From Malacoraja senta (Eukaryota), in the NCBI GenBank assembly GCA_038087875.1, contig CM075988.1:10418001-10482000 (forward strand): 64,000 bases of DNA. The letters run 5' to 3'. Positions 1 to 13,333 of this stretch are shown piece after piece. A program made the position numbers and the translations under genes. Each line of letters begins with the position of its first letter. Within the stretch, counting starts at the first letter, position 1. The notes beneath the pieces were generated by a model that searched no databases, was not told the DNA's origin, and saw only the letters and a program-made list of their open reading frames with translations.

Positions 1-490
1 TCCCTGCGTTCTAATTGTGGTAGATTACAATTATCTAAAAATTCTGAGATTTTATTATTGTCTATTGACGTTTTAGATGTGTATAGATTCTGGTAAAATT
101 GAGCAAATCTTTTATTAATATCCTTGGGTAGTGTTAATACTTCCCCTCTATCTGATTTAATCTTTAATATTGCATTCTCTTTTTCCCGTTTTTTAAGTTG
201 TCGTGCTAGAAGTTTGTGGGGTTTGTCCCCGAATTCGAAGTGTTCTTGTTTTGTGATTTGAAATAATGTTATAACTTTCTCTGACAGTAATTTATTTAAC
301 TGAAATTTCAGTAGTAGTATTTTATTATGTTTATCCATAGTTGGGTCTTTAGCATTATCTATATCTAACTGTTTTATTTGATCTTCTAAGTGTCTTCCTA
401 TTTTTATGTGGTAAATCTGCCAGCATATCTCAAATTCTTTGAAAATTTCAGTCATCCTATTCTCTTGACTTTTTAAATCTATACCTGTTT
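1..490 (-). mobile_element. L1-clade LINE ORF2 fragment (EN-RT linker), truncated by window edge
   Basis: Minus strand encodes EFGDKPHKLLAR around 200-240. It aligns by eye with the same segment of the L1 at ~12900-13097 plus 18172-18500, as a diverged subfamily. Confidence 0.8.
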
Positions 491-784
491 TTTTTTTTTA
501 CCAGCAGATGAGTAACTCGATATTTTTATGTTGATGAAGAACAAAGCAAACTGTTCATTATAAATAAACAAATTTGGTTGATTGATTTGGAAGGCTTCAC
601 AATCTTTCTAACTCTTATTTAAAAAATAGCAAAGGAAACCAATGTTCTGAAAATGCAATCCTGAAAATATTCTGAACCTTTAGTTTAGAGATACAGCACA
701 GAAACAGGCTCTTCAGCCCACTAAGACCATGGCAACTGGTGTTCCCCATACACTAGCACTACCCTAGGGAAAATAAATAATCAA

Positions 785-1879
785 CTAGACCAAGTGGGAC
801 CCATTGGGCCCCATTCCCCCAAAGCAATATTCCACCACTAACCCGTTCTCCCAACGCAACCCAACACAATATTCCACCACTCACCCATAGCCCCCCAATT
901 GCGCAGGCACAGCTCATTTCCTCACCACCCAGCACTCCCTCCCCCTCCTCTTCACCCTCTTCTTCCCACTCTCCTCCTCCCCTCCCCCACTCCCTCACCT
1001 CCCTCCCTCTCCTTTCCCCTACTGTCAGTCACTCCCTCCCTCCCTCCATAAGCCCTCTCCCCTCCCTACCCCCCTTGACATCATAGTGAGGTGAAAGCTG
1101 CTGTGTTTTTTAATTTTATGTAAATGAGATTCCATTATGATGTCATGGTGGAACGTTGCTGTGTTTTTGAAAACAGAATTTTAAAAAAATGTAAATGAGA
1201 TTTACCCCCAAGGCAATATTCCACCACTCACCCGTTCACCCAATGCAACCCATTTCCACCACTCACCCATTCGCCCAAGGCAATATTCCACCACTCACCC
1301 ATTGCCCCCAACTGCGAAGGTGTGGCTCATTTCCCCTCATCCCCGAACACTCCCTCCCCCTCCTCTTCACCCTCCCTCTTCTCTCCCGTCTCCTCCTCCC
1401 CACCTCCACTCCCTCCCTCACCTCTCCCTCCCTATCCTTTACTCTACCCGCAATCACTCCCAACATTTAGTCACTCCCTCCCTCCATAACCCCTCTCCCA
1501 TCCCTTTCCCCCTTGACGTCATTGTGAGGTGGAAGTTGCTGTTTTTTAAATGTAAATGAGATCCTATTGTGATGTCATTGTCGGATGGAGCACTGCTGAT
1601 GGGCAGTTTATGTAAATAAGATCCCATTATGATGCCATACCTTGCTAACTGCCACTGCAAGCTCAAGTGATTTTTCTCAAAGTGGGGTTTTGTAAAGTTG
1701 AAAATGTTATTAACTTGTAAAATATAACATTAATCTGACCAAAACTTGATAAAAACACAGCACAAGACAATTGTGAGTAAGGTGGTCCAAAAATTTTAGC
1801 GCTATTTTGTACCGTTTTGGAGTAGTTACGGGAGCACACAGGTTCACAGATATAGAAACAAACAAGATGAGAGTTTTAG

Positions 1880-1888
<9 letters not shown>
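785..1888 (-). mobile_element. Non-autonomous Helitron A
   Basis: Minus-strand 3' end is GGGCCC-AAT-GGGTCCC hairpin, then ACTTGGTCTAG|T. The 5' motif TATTACTAAAA..ATCTTG is shared with Helitrons B and C. There is an internal ~410-bp duplication (869.. vs 1282..). The exact 5' TC is lost in the (TA)n tract. Confidence 0.75.

Positions 1889-1956
<68 letters not shown>
1882..1956. repeat. (TA)n microsatellite
   Basis: Perfect TA run between the two Helitron 5' ends. Confidence 0.98.
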
Positions 1957-1959
<3 letters not shown>

Positions 1960-2225
1960 ATAGCTATATCCATATCTATATCTATATATATCCATATTAC
2001 TAAAAGTCTGATCTTGACCGCTTTTGGCTTGCTGTGGTGTGATTTCTGAGAGATTGCCGCCACCTATGGACGTCATTTTTGGCCACCTCACTCAGAGCCC
2101 CCCTCCGCCTTCCTGGACCAGAGGATTTTTCCCATCGATGAAAAATCAGAGAGATATTAATGTTTTTTAAATAATTTGCCATTCTCTCTGCTGCCCCTGC
2201 TGGAGGGAGGGACTATAAAACCAAA

Positions 2226-2432
2226 AAATGGTTTGGGTGCTTTGGCTTGAAGTTGAAAGGCACTACTGCAAATGGTGGTTTGGGTGCTTTGGCTTGAGGT
2301 TGAAAGGCACTACTGCAAATGGTGGTTTGGGTGCTTTGGCTTGAAGTTAAAAGGCACTACTGCAAATGGTGGTTTCGGTGCTTTGGCTTGAAGTTAAAAG
2401 GCACTACTGCAAATGGTGGTTTGGGTGCTTTG
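2226..2432. repeat. 47-bp minisatellite (~4.5 units) inside Helitron B
   Basis: Unit AAATGGTGGTTTGGGTGCTTTGGCTTGAAGTTGAAAGGCACTACTGC in tandem. Confidence 0.95.
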
Positions 2433-2798
2433 GGTAACTTCCTGTTTGCACTGTATATTGATTTTAGATGAAACGCTACCACTTACAGCTGTGATTTCTG
2501 GCCATCTTACTCAGCCCCCCTCTGCTCAGCAGGTGCAGAGGATTTTTCCCATCAATGAAAAATAAAAGTGTTATTAGTGTTTAACATTTTTTGAGAATCT
2601 CTCTCCTGTCAATCACGCCATGAAGGCCACACCTTTTCCAGTGGGAGGGGTTATAAAACCCAGAAGTGTGGGTGTGGCTCAGTCTCTGCATGATGGGGGA
2701 GGGAGAGGTCACGACTCTGTCTGAGCTGTCAATCAACTGAACACAATGAATGTCTACTGAACTGTGAGTTTGGTGTTTTGTGTGGTTTTATGGTGGTT

Positions 2799-3395
2799 TC
2801 ACCCTGCTTGAAATTGTATGAAACTGCATTTGAATGTGGTGACCTTGCACCCTGCATGAAATGGTATGAAACTGCATTTGAATGTGGTATCGTTGCACCC
2901 TGCATGAAATGGTATGAAGCTGCATTTGAATTTGGTGGCCTTGCACCTTGCTTGAAATGGTATGAAACTGCACTTGAATTTGGTGGCCTTGCACCCTGCT
3001 TGAAGTGGAATGAAACTGCACTTGAATTTGGTGGCCTTGCACCCTGCTTGAAGTGGTATGAAACTGCACTGAATTTGGTGGCCTTGCACCCTGCTGAAAG
3101 TGGTATGAAACTGCACTTGAATTTGGTGACCTTGCACCCTGCTTGAAGTGGTTGGAAACTGCACTTGAATTCGGTGGCCTTGCACCCTGCTTGAAGTGGT
3201 AGGAAACTGCAATTGAATTTGGTGGCCTTTCTCCCTGCTTGAAGTGGTAGGAAAGTGCACTTGAATTTGGTGGCCTTGCACCCTGCTCGAAGTGGTGAGA
3301 AACTGCACTTGAATTTGGTGGCCTTGCACCCTGCTTGAAATGGTAGGAAAATGGATTTGAATTTGGTGGCCTTGCACCCTGCTTGAAATGGAATT
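2799..3395. repeat. 48-bp minisatellite (~12 units) inside Helitron B
   Basis: Unit GAATTTGGTGGCCTTGCACCCTGCTTGAAGTGGTATGAAACTGCACTT in tandem, with no spacers. Confidence 0.95.
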
Positions 3396-5024
3396 TCAAG
3401 GAATAGCCATGAGTCAACTGCCAGCCCACCAGCCGTGAGTGAGCTGCCAGCACATCAGGCCTGAGGCACTGAGCTGCCACCCCAAGAACCCATACCAGCG
3501 CTCCAGAAAGACCCCCACTGGACACCAATATTGGAATTGGTGGAGAGGTGGAATATTGCGTTGGTGGACCAGCCCTCCCATGTGAACATGGGACCCAATG
3601 GGTCCCACTTAATCTAGTATATATATATATTAGATTAACCTACAGACCAGTACGTCTTTGGAGTGTGGGAGGACCCTGATTGTGGATGATCAGCCATGAT
3701 CATAATGAGTGGCACTGTGGGCTCCAAGGGCCGAATGGCCTACTCCTGCACCTATTGTCTATTGTCTAAACCAGAGCACCCGGACAAAACCCGCGTGGTC
3801 AGGGGAGAATGTACAAGCTCCATACAAACTGCACACGTAGTCAGGATTGAACCCAGGTCTCCAGCACTGTAAGGCAGCAAGTCTGATGCTGCGCCACCAT
3901 GCCGCTGCATTTTCTGGTGAGGTTGGCTGTTACTGATACACCTTTCTGACAAACTGCAGTCTTGTCACTGTCGTCCCACACAGCTCAGATTTAGTTCCTG
4001 ATTTGCCAAGATTTATTCATGTTGCAGGCTTAATAATTCTCCCAAATGTTCCCACAATTCAAATAATACACTGCATGCAGAAGACAGAACAAATTGATCC
4101 TTTAAAATATAAAGCTTTGGAAAATAAAAAAAATGGAGTCAGGAAAAACAAATAATGAATGGGCTAATTGTAGTTCATTGGTTACTGCTGTAGAAAATAT
4201 TTTTAAATTTATATCTCTTCTTTGGATTTATACTGTGCAGAATTAGCACATCCATCTTATAAATCCCAAAGCCAACAATTTGTCAATGGATTAACTGCGC
4301 ATTTAAGTTTACATGTATAGAGTATAATAAAAAAAAGACAGAGGCTTTAAAAGTTCAAAACATTTAGTTGAACATAAAAATCTCTGTTACATTAAGTCTG
4401 CTTGGCCAATTTGGGAAAGGGAGTATCATCATTATCAACATTATAGTTTAAACAAATAACTATGGATCATCTCTTGCATTGCTGTAGACTTGTTACATTT
4501 TCTAATTGTGTTTTGCCCTGACATATTTTTGAAGTTTTTTTTTCCGTTAATAGTCTTGCAATTTTTTCCAATGTAATGTATGTTTATTATATATTTTCAT
4601 GAGTCTGAATCTATGTGCCCGTGATGCTGCTGCAAACTAGATTTCAATTGTGCCTGCACCGTACAATCAGCTCAACTGGACTTGAAAAATCTTTTAACCT
4701 CTGTTTAGCAGCTCTTTCGTGGATTGGAAATGTCTGAAGTAATTGTATCCAGAATCACTGGCATGAAGCAGGCCTTACTATAGGATTCACTTTACTCTTT
4801 ATCAAAAGTATAAAAACAATTGGAAAAATAGCAATGGCCTTTTTTTGGAGAAAGTTAACATAACCGTGCAGAGGTTAAGTTCTATGTACAAATCGTAAAC
4901 ATGACCCGATGAGTGATTTGATACATGATAATCCATGCAACACTGAGCAACATCTAGGATCACTTAATTCCTGCTCGGGTTTAAAATCCATAGAGTAACA
5001 GCCAGACTTGGTTAATGTAGCAAC

Positions 5025-5525
5025 CAGGCTTCATTGTCCACATAGCTCAAGTACCAAACTTGAGTATAAAAGGTAGAGCAAAGGAAAAGATAGAAAGCAC
5101 AGAAAAAAGTTCTCAGCATCATAGCGCAACAGTTCCATGGACAAATCCAATGTCCGCAGTGAGGTAGTGAAGAATCTAGCTATACCATAGCTTATGGAAG
5201 GAACATTCAGGAGCCTAATAACAGCGGGGAAGAAACTGTTTCTGGGTCTGATGGTGTGCACTTTCAAATTGCTTCTACCAGACAGGAGAGGTTGTAGAAG
5301 GAATAACCAGACTGGAAAAGGTCTTTGATTATGTTGGCTGCTTTCCCGAGGCAGCATGAAATGAAGATTGAATCAGTGGTGGGGAGATTTGTCTATATGA
5401 TGTACTGGGCTATATCTCCAGCTCTCCACAATTCCTTGCAACCTTGAGCAGAACTGTTCCCAAGCCAAGCTGTGATGCAACCTAACTATGCTTTCTGCAG
5501 TGCACATTCAGAGGTTTGTGAAGGT
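5025..5525 (-). mobile_element. Rex1/Babar-like LINE 3' fragment
   Basis: ORF 5031-5357 contains SGR..LKVHTIRPRNSFFPAVIRLLN, resembling the RxxNSFFPxAIRLLN C-terminal motif of this clade. Confidence 0.65.
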
Positions 5526-5737
5526 CACGTTTATTTCAGGATTCCAGCATCTGCAATTCTTTACTTTTTTCTTGTTTCAGAACTTCATGATTTAGTCGTC
5601 TTGATTGCCACATCATATTTGTAATTTATTTCCAAATTAATTTAACTGACTTTGGGCTTTCCTGTGTCATTAAATTGTGTAAAAATAATTCCTATTTTAA
5701 TATAAAAATGCAGATTACTGGACGCACCCAGTATTAT

Positions 5738-6897
5738 AGACAATAGACAATCGATGCAGGAGTAGGCCATTTGGCCCTTCGAGCCAGCACCGCCATTTAA
5801 TGTGATCATGGCTGATCATCCCTAATCAGTACCCCGTTCCTGCCTTCTCCCCATATCCCCTGACTCTGCTATCTTTAAGAGCCCTATCTAGCTCTCTCTT
5901 GAAAGTATCCAGAGAACTGGCCTCCACCGCCCTCTGAGGCAGAGAATTCCACAGACTCACAACTCTCTGTATGAAGAAGTGTTTTCTCGTCTCTGTTCTA
6001 AATGACTTACCCCTTATTCTTAATCTGTGGCCCCTGGTTCTGGACTCCCCCAACATCGGGAACATGTTTCCTGCCTCTAGCGTGTCCAAACCCTTAATAA
6101 TCTTATATGTTTCTATAAGATTCCCTCTCATCCTTCTAAACTCCAGTGTTCAATCCCAGCCGCTCCATTCTCTCAACATATGACATTCCCGGCATCCCGG
6201 GAATTAACCTTGTAAACCTATGCTGCACTCCCTCAATAGCAAGAATGTCCTTCCTCAAATTAGTGGACCAAAACTGCGCATAATATTCCAGGTGTGGTCT
6301 CACTAGGGCCCTATGCAACTGCAGAAGGACCTCTTTGCTCCTATACTCAACTCCTCTTGTCATGCCATTCGCTTTCTTCACTGCCTGCTGTACCTGCATG
6401 CTTACTTTCATTGACTGATGAACAAGGACCCCTGGATCCCGTTGTACTTCCCCTTTTCCCAACTTGACACCATTTAGGTAATAATTTTCCTTCCTGTTTT
6501 TGCTACCAAAATGGATAACCTCACACTTATCCACATTAAACTGCATCTGCCATGCATCTGCTCACTCACCCAACCTGTCCAAGTCACCCTGCATTCTCAT
6601 AGCATCCTCCTCACAATTCGCACTGCCACGCAGCTTTGTGTCATCTGCAAATTTGCTAATGTTACTTTGAACCCCTTCATCTAAATCATTGATGTATATT
6701 GTAAATAGCTGTGGTCCCGGCACCAAGCCTTGCGGTACCCCACTAGTCACTACCTGCCATTCTGAAAGGGACCCGTTAATCCCTACTCTTTGGTTCCTGT
6801 CTGCCAACCACTTCTCTATCCATGTCAGCACTCTACCCCCAATACCATGTGCCCTAATTTTGCCCACTAATCTCCTATGTGGGACCTTATCAAATGC
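5738..6897 (-). mobile_element. CR1 LINE, 5'-truncated (RT C-terminal half plus 3' UTR)
   Basis: Encodes AFDKVPH, SGVPQG, LFTIYINDLD, KFADDTKL, MQFNVDKC and RGNLIETYKI, with a (CTATTGT)n-type tail. Confidence 0.95.
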
Positions 6898-9252
6898 ATT
6901 ATCAGAACTTACAACGTACAAAGTAGTAATCTCTCAAGTGCCAGTTAGGTCATTGTTACAAACCTATGCTATTACCAGCTGAAGCCACCAGGGTCACAGT
7001 GGTGAATGAACAATATTTCAGCATTGCTCCAGTAGTTTTGGCCAATAAATCTTCAGTTGTATTTCAGACTGATGCTAGTTGCTCCATTTTGCCTCAAAGA
7101 TGGGAAATTACGAATGCCATCTCTAGTTATGGAGGGATGGGATTTGCATGAATTACCAATTCTTCAGTTATTGGTATCAACTACCTATAGACACTAGGTG
7201 CATACTATGGGTTAAAAGGTTTGTTGTGCGGATATGCATGATCTGCATGCTCAATTCCAGGTTGATACACTGTGGTGGTGGATTATGTTGGTCACATGGG
7301 TGCAATCAAGTCTAAGTATCCTGTCATAATTTACCCAACTTTATTTGGCACTGGTGTACCATCACGTAAATCAATGACAGCACAGAATGGATGTTGGATC
7401 ATTAAGTATTTTATGACATTATGGCTCGATGGAACACCAAATATCGATATGTTTGCATCCAGGCTCATTCACCAGGTTGTAAAGACATGTGGCATCGCAG
7501 TGGCAAGAGATACATTCTCGCTACATGATGGAGGAATGTTCTTTTGTGTCATTGCTCCATTTTGCCTCATCAGTCAGGTCTTGAAATGATTCAGCAAGAT
7601 CCCGCTTTAGGGTTTTTGTACTGTCTGACTGGCCTATGTAGTCATGGTTTGCCGCAAATGTTGGGAATTATAGTAAAACCTTATATGGGGTTTCTAAACA
7701 TAAAACTTGCTGGTTCAGCCTGGGACTTGGGGAACCAGCCTTTGTATGATTAATCAATTCATTCCCTTACAGAATCTGAGAAGACAGCTCCTGCGGCTTG
7801 GGTTGTCAGGCCAATCCATGTATGTGCTCACTGCAGAGTGCATGGATAGCACCAAAAAAGCAGTACATTTCCTCTTCAGGAGATGGGAAGCGTTTTGTTT
7901 AAATGCTATGTTACATATAATACGGCACGGACACCGACATCTTAGAGTTCATTTTCTATGGGCCCTTGACAATAAATTAAGTTATAGTCCCATTAACTGT
8001 GCTCAACGTGCTTTCTCATCATATTTGCTGCAGCGAGCGGGACCCAGCTCTGTCGGGTCTCACCCTCTGATTCTAGTTTATTAAGGATATCTTTACACAT
8101 GTTCTCCCAGACCCAAGTACACGGAGTATGGGATATTGGCATTGTGTTGACACTGCTTCACCAGGGGGCTCCAGCTATATCCCTATCTTTGGCTCGGGGC
8201 TCATAAAGTATCCCATTGGTGCTGTTCTCAGCACAACGGGTCCAGTCATTGTATGAATTGGGACTGGACAGGATGGTTATACCTGCTAATAATATTATAG
8301 TTCATGTTTATGATTTGGTTAGGCAGGGCAGCCCAGGGGTGTCTGGTCTCAAGCTAGTTCTCATGACATACTACACGCACCTTCGGTTATGTGTGGTCAC
8401 ACATTTACAACATTATGTCAGGGTCACCTAGAGCCTTAGAGGCACTCATACTAGCTATATTTATTAGTTTCTATAACCTCATAAGGAGGTATCAGTTCAG
8501 ACTATCTCCAGGTGGTTCAAACGGGTTTTGGCTTATACAGGAGTAGATACTAATTTTCCAATCTCACTCCACCAGGGCTGCTACTTCCTCAGCAGCAAGG
8601 GTTATGTACGGTCCTCTGGACCACATCCTGCCGACTGCAGGATGGTCTAACGATCGAGTTTCCAAACATTTTATTTTTAACCCATTGCCAGACCAGGGGT
8701 ATTTGCTTCTTTTTTTTTTTTTCGGTTCTAATTTATAGTTTCCCCGGGATAAGAGGGGATACTATTATTATTATTTATTCATTTATCAGCATCAGCATGT
8801 TTTTAGTCTATGTCATGTCTGTATGCATTATGAATGTTTCCCTTATCTGTGGTCAACTGATGCAGTCGTGCATGTGTGGACTCGTTTTTTCCACGGCATG
8901 AAATCACAGAGCTTCAACGTCTTCACGGATTCACTCACGTGACTCCGAAGTAAAATAGTAAGATTAAACGAGAACTTAACAGTTTGAAGTTTGATCTTTA
9001 TTTTATGAGGAGTTACGATGAGCGATTACGTGCCCACCGGTCCCACCCTCATATTATAAAGGTCATCTGGTAGTTCTAGTCTTCTTTAATCTTACTATGT
9101 TACTTCAATTACTGTTATCTGCGATTTCACACCACTACTTTGAAGATTGATGCGCATGCGGGTTGACGGCCTTCTTCACGTAATCGCTCATCGTAACTCC
9201 TCATTAAATAAAGATCAAACTTTAAACTGGTAAGTTCTCATTTAATCTTACA
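6896..9252 (+). mobile_element. Decayed DIRS (tyrosine-recombinase) retrotransposon, left half missing
   Basis: Collinear with 15721-18171. Retains RH remnant YVGHMGAIKS, MT remnant IDMFASRL, YR remnants SAQRVQSL and HSTRAA (~8565). ICR lies at 8920-9032, and its right part is complementary to the end at 9177-9252. Confidence 0.9.
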
Positions 9253-9302
9253 TTTCTTACTTGCAGCAGCATAATAAACCTAAAAATGCAATGCACATAG
9301 TT

Positions 9303-10110
9303 AATATATACCAAAAACTCAATAAAGTATTAGCCCTAATACCAGTGCAAAAAACCTTAGAGTCCTTAATGCAATCAAAGACATTCTATAGTTCATGGTT
9401 ATGGTTAGTGTTGCATTGTGTTCAAGAACCTGTTGGGTAGAAGCTGGTGGTCATGGTTTTCAGACTCCCATATTTTCTTCTCGGTGGTAGAAGTGAAGTG
9501 AGAGTGTGCCTAGTGTTGAGTTGATGATACTGGTTACCTTTTTGAGGCAATGTCTCCCAAGATCCCTTCAATAGTATGGATGTCAGTTCATCTGAAGGAC
9601 AGGCATTGTTGATCACTCTCAATCCTGGTCATTGAAGTTGCCAAACCAGGCTGCGATACGACCAGCTCTCTACTGAACATCTGTAGAAGTTTATGAGAAT
9701 ACTCATCAACATATCGAATCTCCACAATCTTCAAAGGAAGTAAGTGCACAGATGGGGTTTTGTCATGATTTGCTGGGACCATGCTGGGACCATGACAAAT
9801 CTTCAGTGAAATGAACGTCCGGGAACTTGAAGTTGTTGACTCTGCACCATCGACCCATCAATGAAGACAGGTTTGCGGATCTTAGCTTTCCTCTTCTAAA
9901 ATCAACAATCAGCTCTTTGGTTTTGCTGATGTTGAGAGCAAGATTGTTGTTTAGTTTAGTTTATTGTATGAAAATAAGCCATACAACCATGCTTTTAGTG
10001 GAATCGGGGATAAGAGGTTTACGCAGCACTATGAAGCGGAGGAAAAAGATCAGACATAATGGACTGAATGGCCTACTTCTGCTTCCATTTCTTATGTCCT
10101 CATTGTTTCT
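9303..10110. repeat. Left copy of ~808-bp direct duplication (contains an old Rex-like LINE remnant)
   Basis: Near-identical to 20712-21520, with scattered substitutions and two 11-nt indels. It ends exactly at the L1 poly(T). Confidence 0.95.
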
Positions 10111-10409
10111 TTTTTAAATTTTTTTAATTTATTTTAATTTTTTTATTTTATTAGAAGTAAGTACAGTAATGTGGCACCGAGGTGCCTAATATATATTGGC
10201 ATGTTACATTTTATGTACAGCTTCATTTTTTTTAAAATTAATAATAAAAGAGAGAAAGAGAATAGATAATAAAAATTAGAAAAACTTGTGATGTATGGTG
10301 TGTAAAAAGGAAAAGGGGGGAAAGAGGGAAAGTGAAAGTGAAAAAAAAAGGAGAGAAAGAGAAAGAGTAGAAAGTAAGAGATTATAGGAGATAGTTATTT
10401 ATATTCTTG

Positions 10410-13097
10410 ACCATCCTTCACCCAGTCCTGAGACAGTTGGTTTCCACGATTTTGTTGCACCATATGCTTCCAAGAAGTCGATAAATGGAGACCAACTCGT
10501 TAAGAATTGGTCTGGTTTATCTGTTGGAAGGAATCGCATTTCTTCAAGATGTGCTGTGTCCAACATGTTTGAAATCCACATTTTAAGCGTTGGTATGGGT
10601 GTATTTTTCCAAAATGTAAGTACAGTTTTTTTTGCCGTTATTAACCCATAATTAAAAATGAATTTTGAAATGTGTTAAATTTGTTCCCGTCTTCCTTTAC
10701 TCCAAGTAGAATCATTTCAGTGTTAGGCTCCATTTTTATCTTGAATAATTTTGTAAATATTTCAAAGATATCGCTCTAGAATTTATGAAGTTTTATGCAG
10801 GAAACAAAAGAGTGTGTTATAGTGGCATTTTGAGATAAACATTTATCACAAATGGGAGAAGTATTTGGATAGAATTTATTCAGTCTAGTTTTTGAATAAT
10901 AAAACTATGTACAATTTTAAATTGAATTAAGTTATGTCTTACATTAATCGAACATTTGTGTATATATATCAAATACTTTTCCCATGTTTCTTTCGTGATT
11001 TTTATCATTAATTCTCGTTCCCAATCTTCTCTAAGTTCCTCTGTCGATGGTAGTTCTATATTTAAAATACTATTATATAAATATGATATTAATTTCTGTG
11101 AGTCAGCCTTAATATTCATTGCTTCTTCCAGTGGGTCTAAATTTATAGTTTGATGTCTTTGTATGTATTTCTTCATGAAGTCGCAGATCTGAAGGTATTT
11201 AAAATATTGGTTATTTTTCAGCTTAAATTTTAATTGTAATTGTTGGAATGATAACAGATCTCCCATTTCATACATATCGCCGATCCTTTTAATTCCCATT
11301 CTTTCCCATTGGTTATATGTTTTATCGATAAGAGATGGTTTAAATGAAGGATTATTCACTATTGGCGTTAACAATGATAGGTTTCTTAATTTTAAAGTTA
11401 ATTTTATTTGTTTCCAAATTCTAATTGTATTATGGATAATTGAGTTATTCTTATATATTGTGTTGTTCAGTTTTATCGGGGAGAAGAGGACCGCTCCTAT
11501 GTTACAAGGAGAACAATCCTCTTTCTCCATTTTTATCCATTCTGTCTGTTGGGTAGGACTGTCCAACCAATAAATTATATTCTTAATATGCACTGCCCAA
11601 TAATAATACAAAAAGTTCGGAAGTGAAAGTCCCCCAACGTCTTTGGGTTTACACAGGTGTTTTCTTTGAATTCTATGTGATCTATAGTCCCAAATAAAGT
11701 TAGTAATATTAGAGTCTAGTTTTTTGAAAAAGTTTTTTGGTATATATAATGGTATAGATTGAAATAGGTATAATATTTGTGGTAAAAAGATCATTTTTAT
11801 AGCATTTATTCTGCCTATTAATGACAACGGGAGTGTTTTCCAGAATTTAATCAACGCGTTCAGTTTATTTAATAAAGGCATAAAATTAGCATTAAATAAT
11901 GATTTGTATTTTCTAGTAATTTGGATACCCAAATACTTAAATTTTCTGTTGCAATTTTAAAGGGGAATTTTAATAGGTGTGTCGATTCTTGAGGTTTTAA
12001 CGTCATGATTTCACTTTTATTCCAATTAATTCTGTATCCTGAAAAAGAACCGAATTCCTCTATTAAATTTAATGTTTGGTATGCTCGTTTGTGAATTTGT
12101 AATGTATAGAAGAATATCGTCTGCGTATAATGAAATTTTATTATTTGAGTCCTTAGTATTATATCCCCGAATATTTTGATGAATTCTTATACTTTCAGCC
12201 AGGGGCTCTATCATAAGGGCAAATAGCAGGGGTGATATTGCACATCCCTGCCTATTGCCCCTCGATAATGGAAATTTTGGAGATAACATATTATTAGTTA
12301 ATATTCTTGCCGTCGGTTTGTTATATAATAATTTTACCCATACAATAAAATTCTCTCCCATATTAAATTTTTGCATTACTTTATATAAATACTGCCACTC
12401 TACCTGATCAAATGCTTTCTCTGCATCCAGAGAAACAATTGATATATCATCTTCTTCCGTTTTATGTGAGTACATTATATTAAACAGGCGTCTCAAATTA
12501 TTAAATTAATGTCTTTTGGGTATAAACCCCGTTTGATCTGGATTTATCAATTTACTAATGTATTTACTCAATCTTCTTGCTAAGGTCTTTGCTAATATTT
12601 TTTGATCTGTATTTAAAAGTGATATAGCTCTATATGAGCCCCGTTCTTCTACATTTTAATCTTTTTTTGGTATAAGCGTAATAGTTGATTCAGCTAATGT
12701 TTCTGGTAGTTTATTTTCTTTAAAGGCGTGAGTATATAATTTAAGTAAACGTGGAGCCGTTATCTCATGAAATCTTTCGTAAAATTCATTGCTAAAACCA
12801 TCTGGTCCAGGCGTCTTACCATTTTTCAACGATTTTATTGTTTCTCCTATTTCTTCAAGTGTAATCTGAGCTCCTAATTCCTCTTGTTCCGATGGTCAAG
12901 TTTTGGAAGATTACAGTTATCTAAAAAATTTATAATTTTACTATCTTCTATTTTAATTTTAGATGTATATAGATTTTGATAAAATTGAGCAAATCTTTTG
13001 TTAATATCCTTAGGTAATGTTAGTAATTCACCTTTCTCTGATTTAATTTTAGTTATAGTATTTTATTTTTCTTGTTTTTTCAATTGACGAGCTAAGA
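10410..13097 (-). pseudogene. L1 ORF2 RT and C-terminal part (frameshifted)
   Basis: ORF pieces 12026-12496, 10880-11932 and 10399-10581. Confidence 0.9.
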
Positions 13098-13333
13098 TTT
13101 TACTTCGGAGTCACGTGAGTGACTACGTGAAGAAGCCCCGTCCAGCCGCACATGCGTCATTATCGATCAGACGCATAGCGTTCATGACCGTGTGTGGAGG
13201 AGCAGGAGCTCCTCCAGCCGGTGAGTAAAACAAAAGTAAAACAAAAGTCGGAAGGTAAGTGGGTTACTTTTCACTTACAGGAGCATTTCCTTCCCGTTTA
13301 GACTTGTTTGGTGGAGCTCCACTCAAGTTTATT

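Larger units (their letters stand above)
1991..3617 (+). mobile_element. Non-autonomous Helitron B
   Basis: Starts A|TCCATATTACTAAAA. Has a GGGACCC-AAT-GGGTCCC hairpin (3590-3606), ends CTAG|T, and lacks a TSD. Both ends are homologous to 56939-58266. Confidence 0.85.
681..3905 (-). mobile_element. tRNA-derived SINE (HE1/V-SINE-like), split by the Helitron pair (pieces 681-784 and 3631-3905)
   Basis: Both pieces match the reverse complement of the intact SINEs at 60810 and 62012. A CR1 3' tail is inserted at ~3676-3768. Confidence 0.75.

Noticed and set aside
1710..2091. IYIY-rich ORFs
   Set aside because: Translation of the (TA)n tract.
2778..3528. Repetitive 122-246 aa ORFs, or a CRISPR-like array
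   Set aside because: A contiguous 48-bp minisatellite with no unique spacers. The ORFs arise because the unit length is a multiple of 3.
784..3618. Single TIR DNA transposon
   Set aside because: The inverted ends are better explained as two Helitron 3' termini, since the right half occurs alone at 56939-58266.
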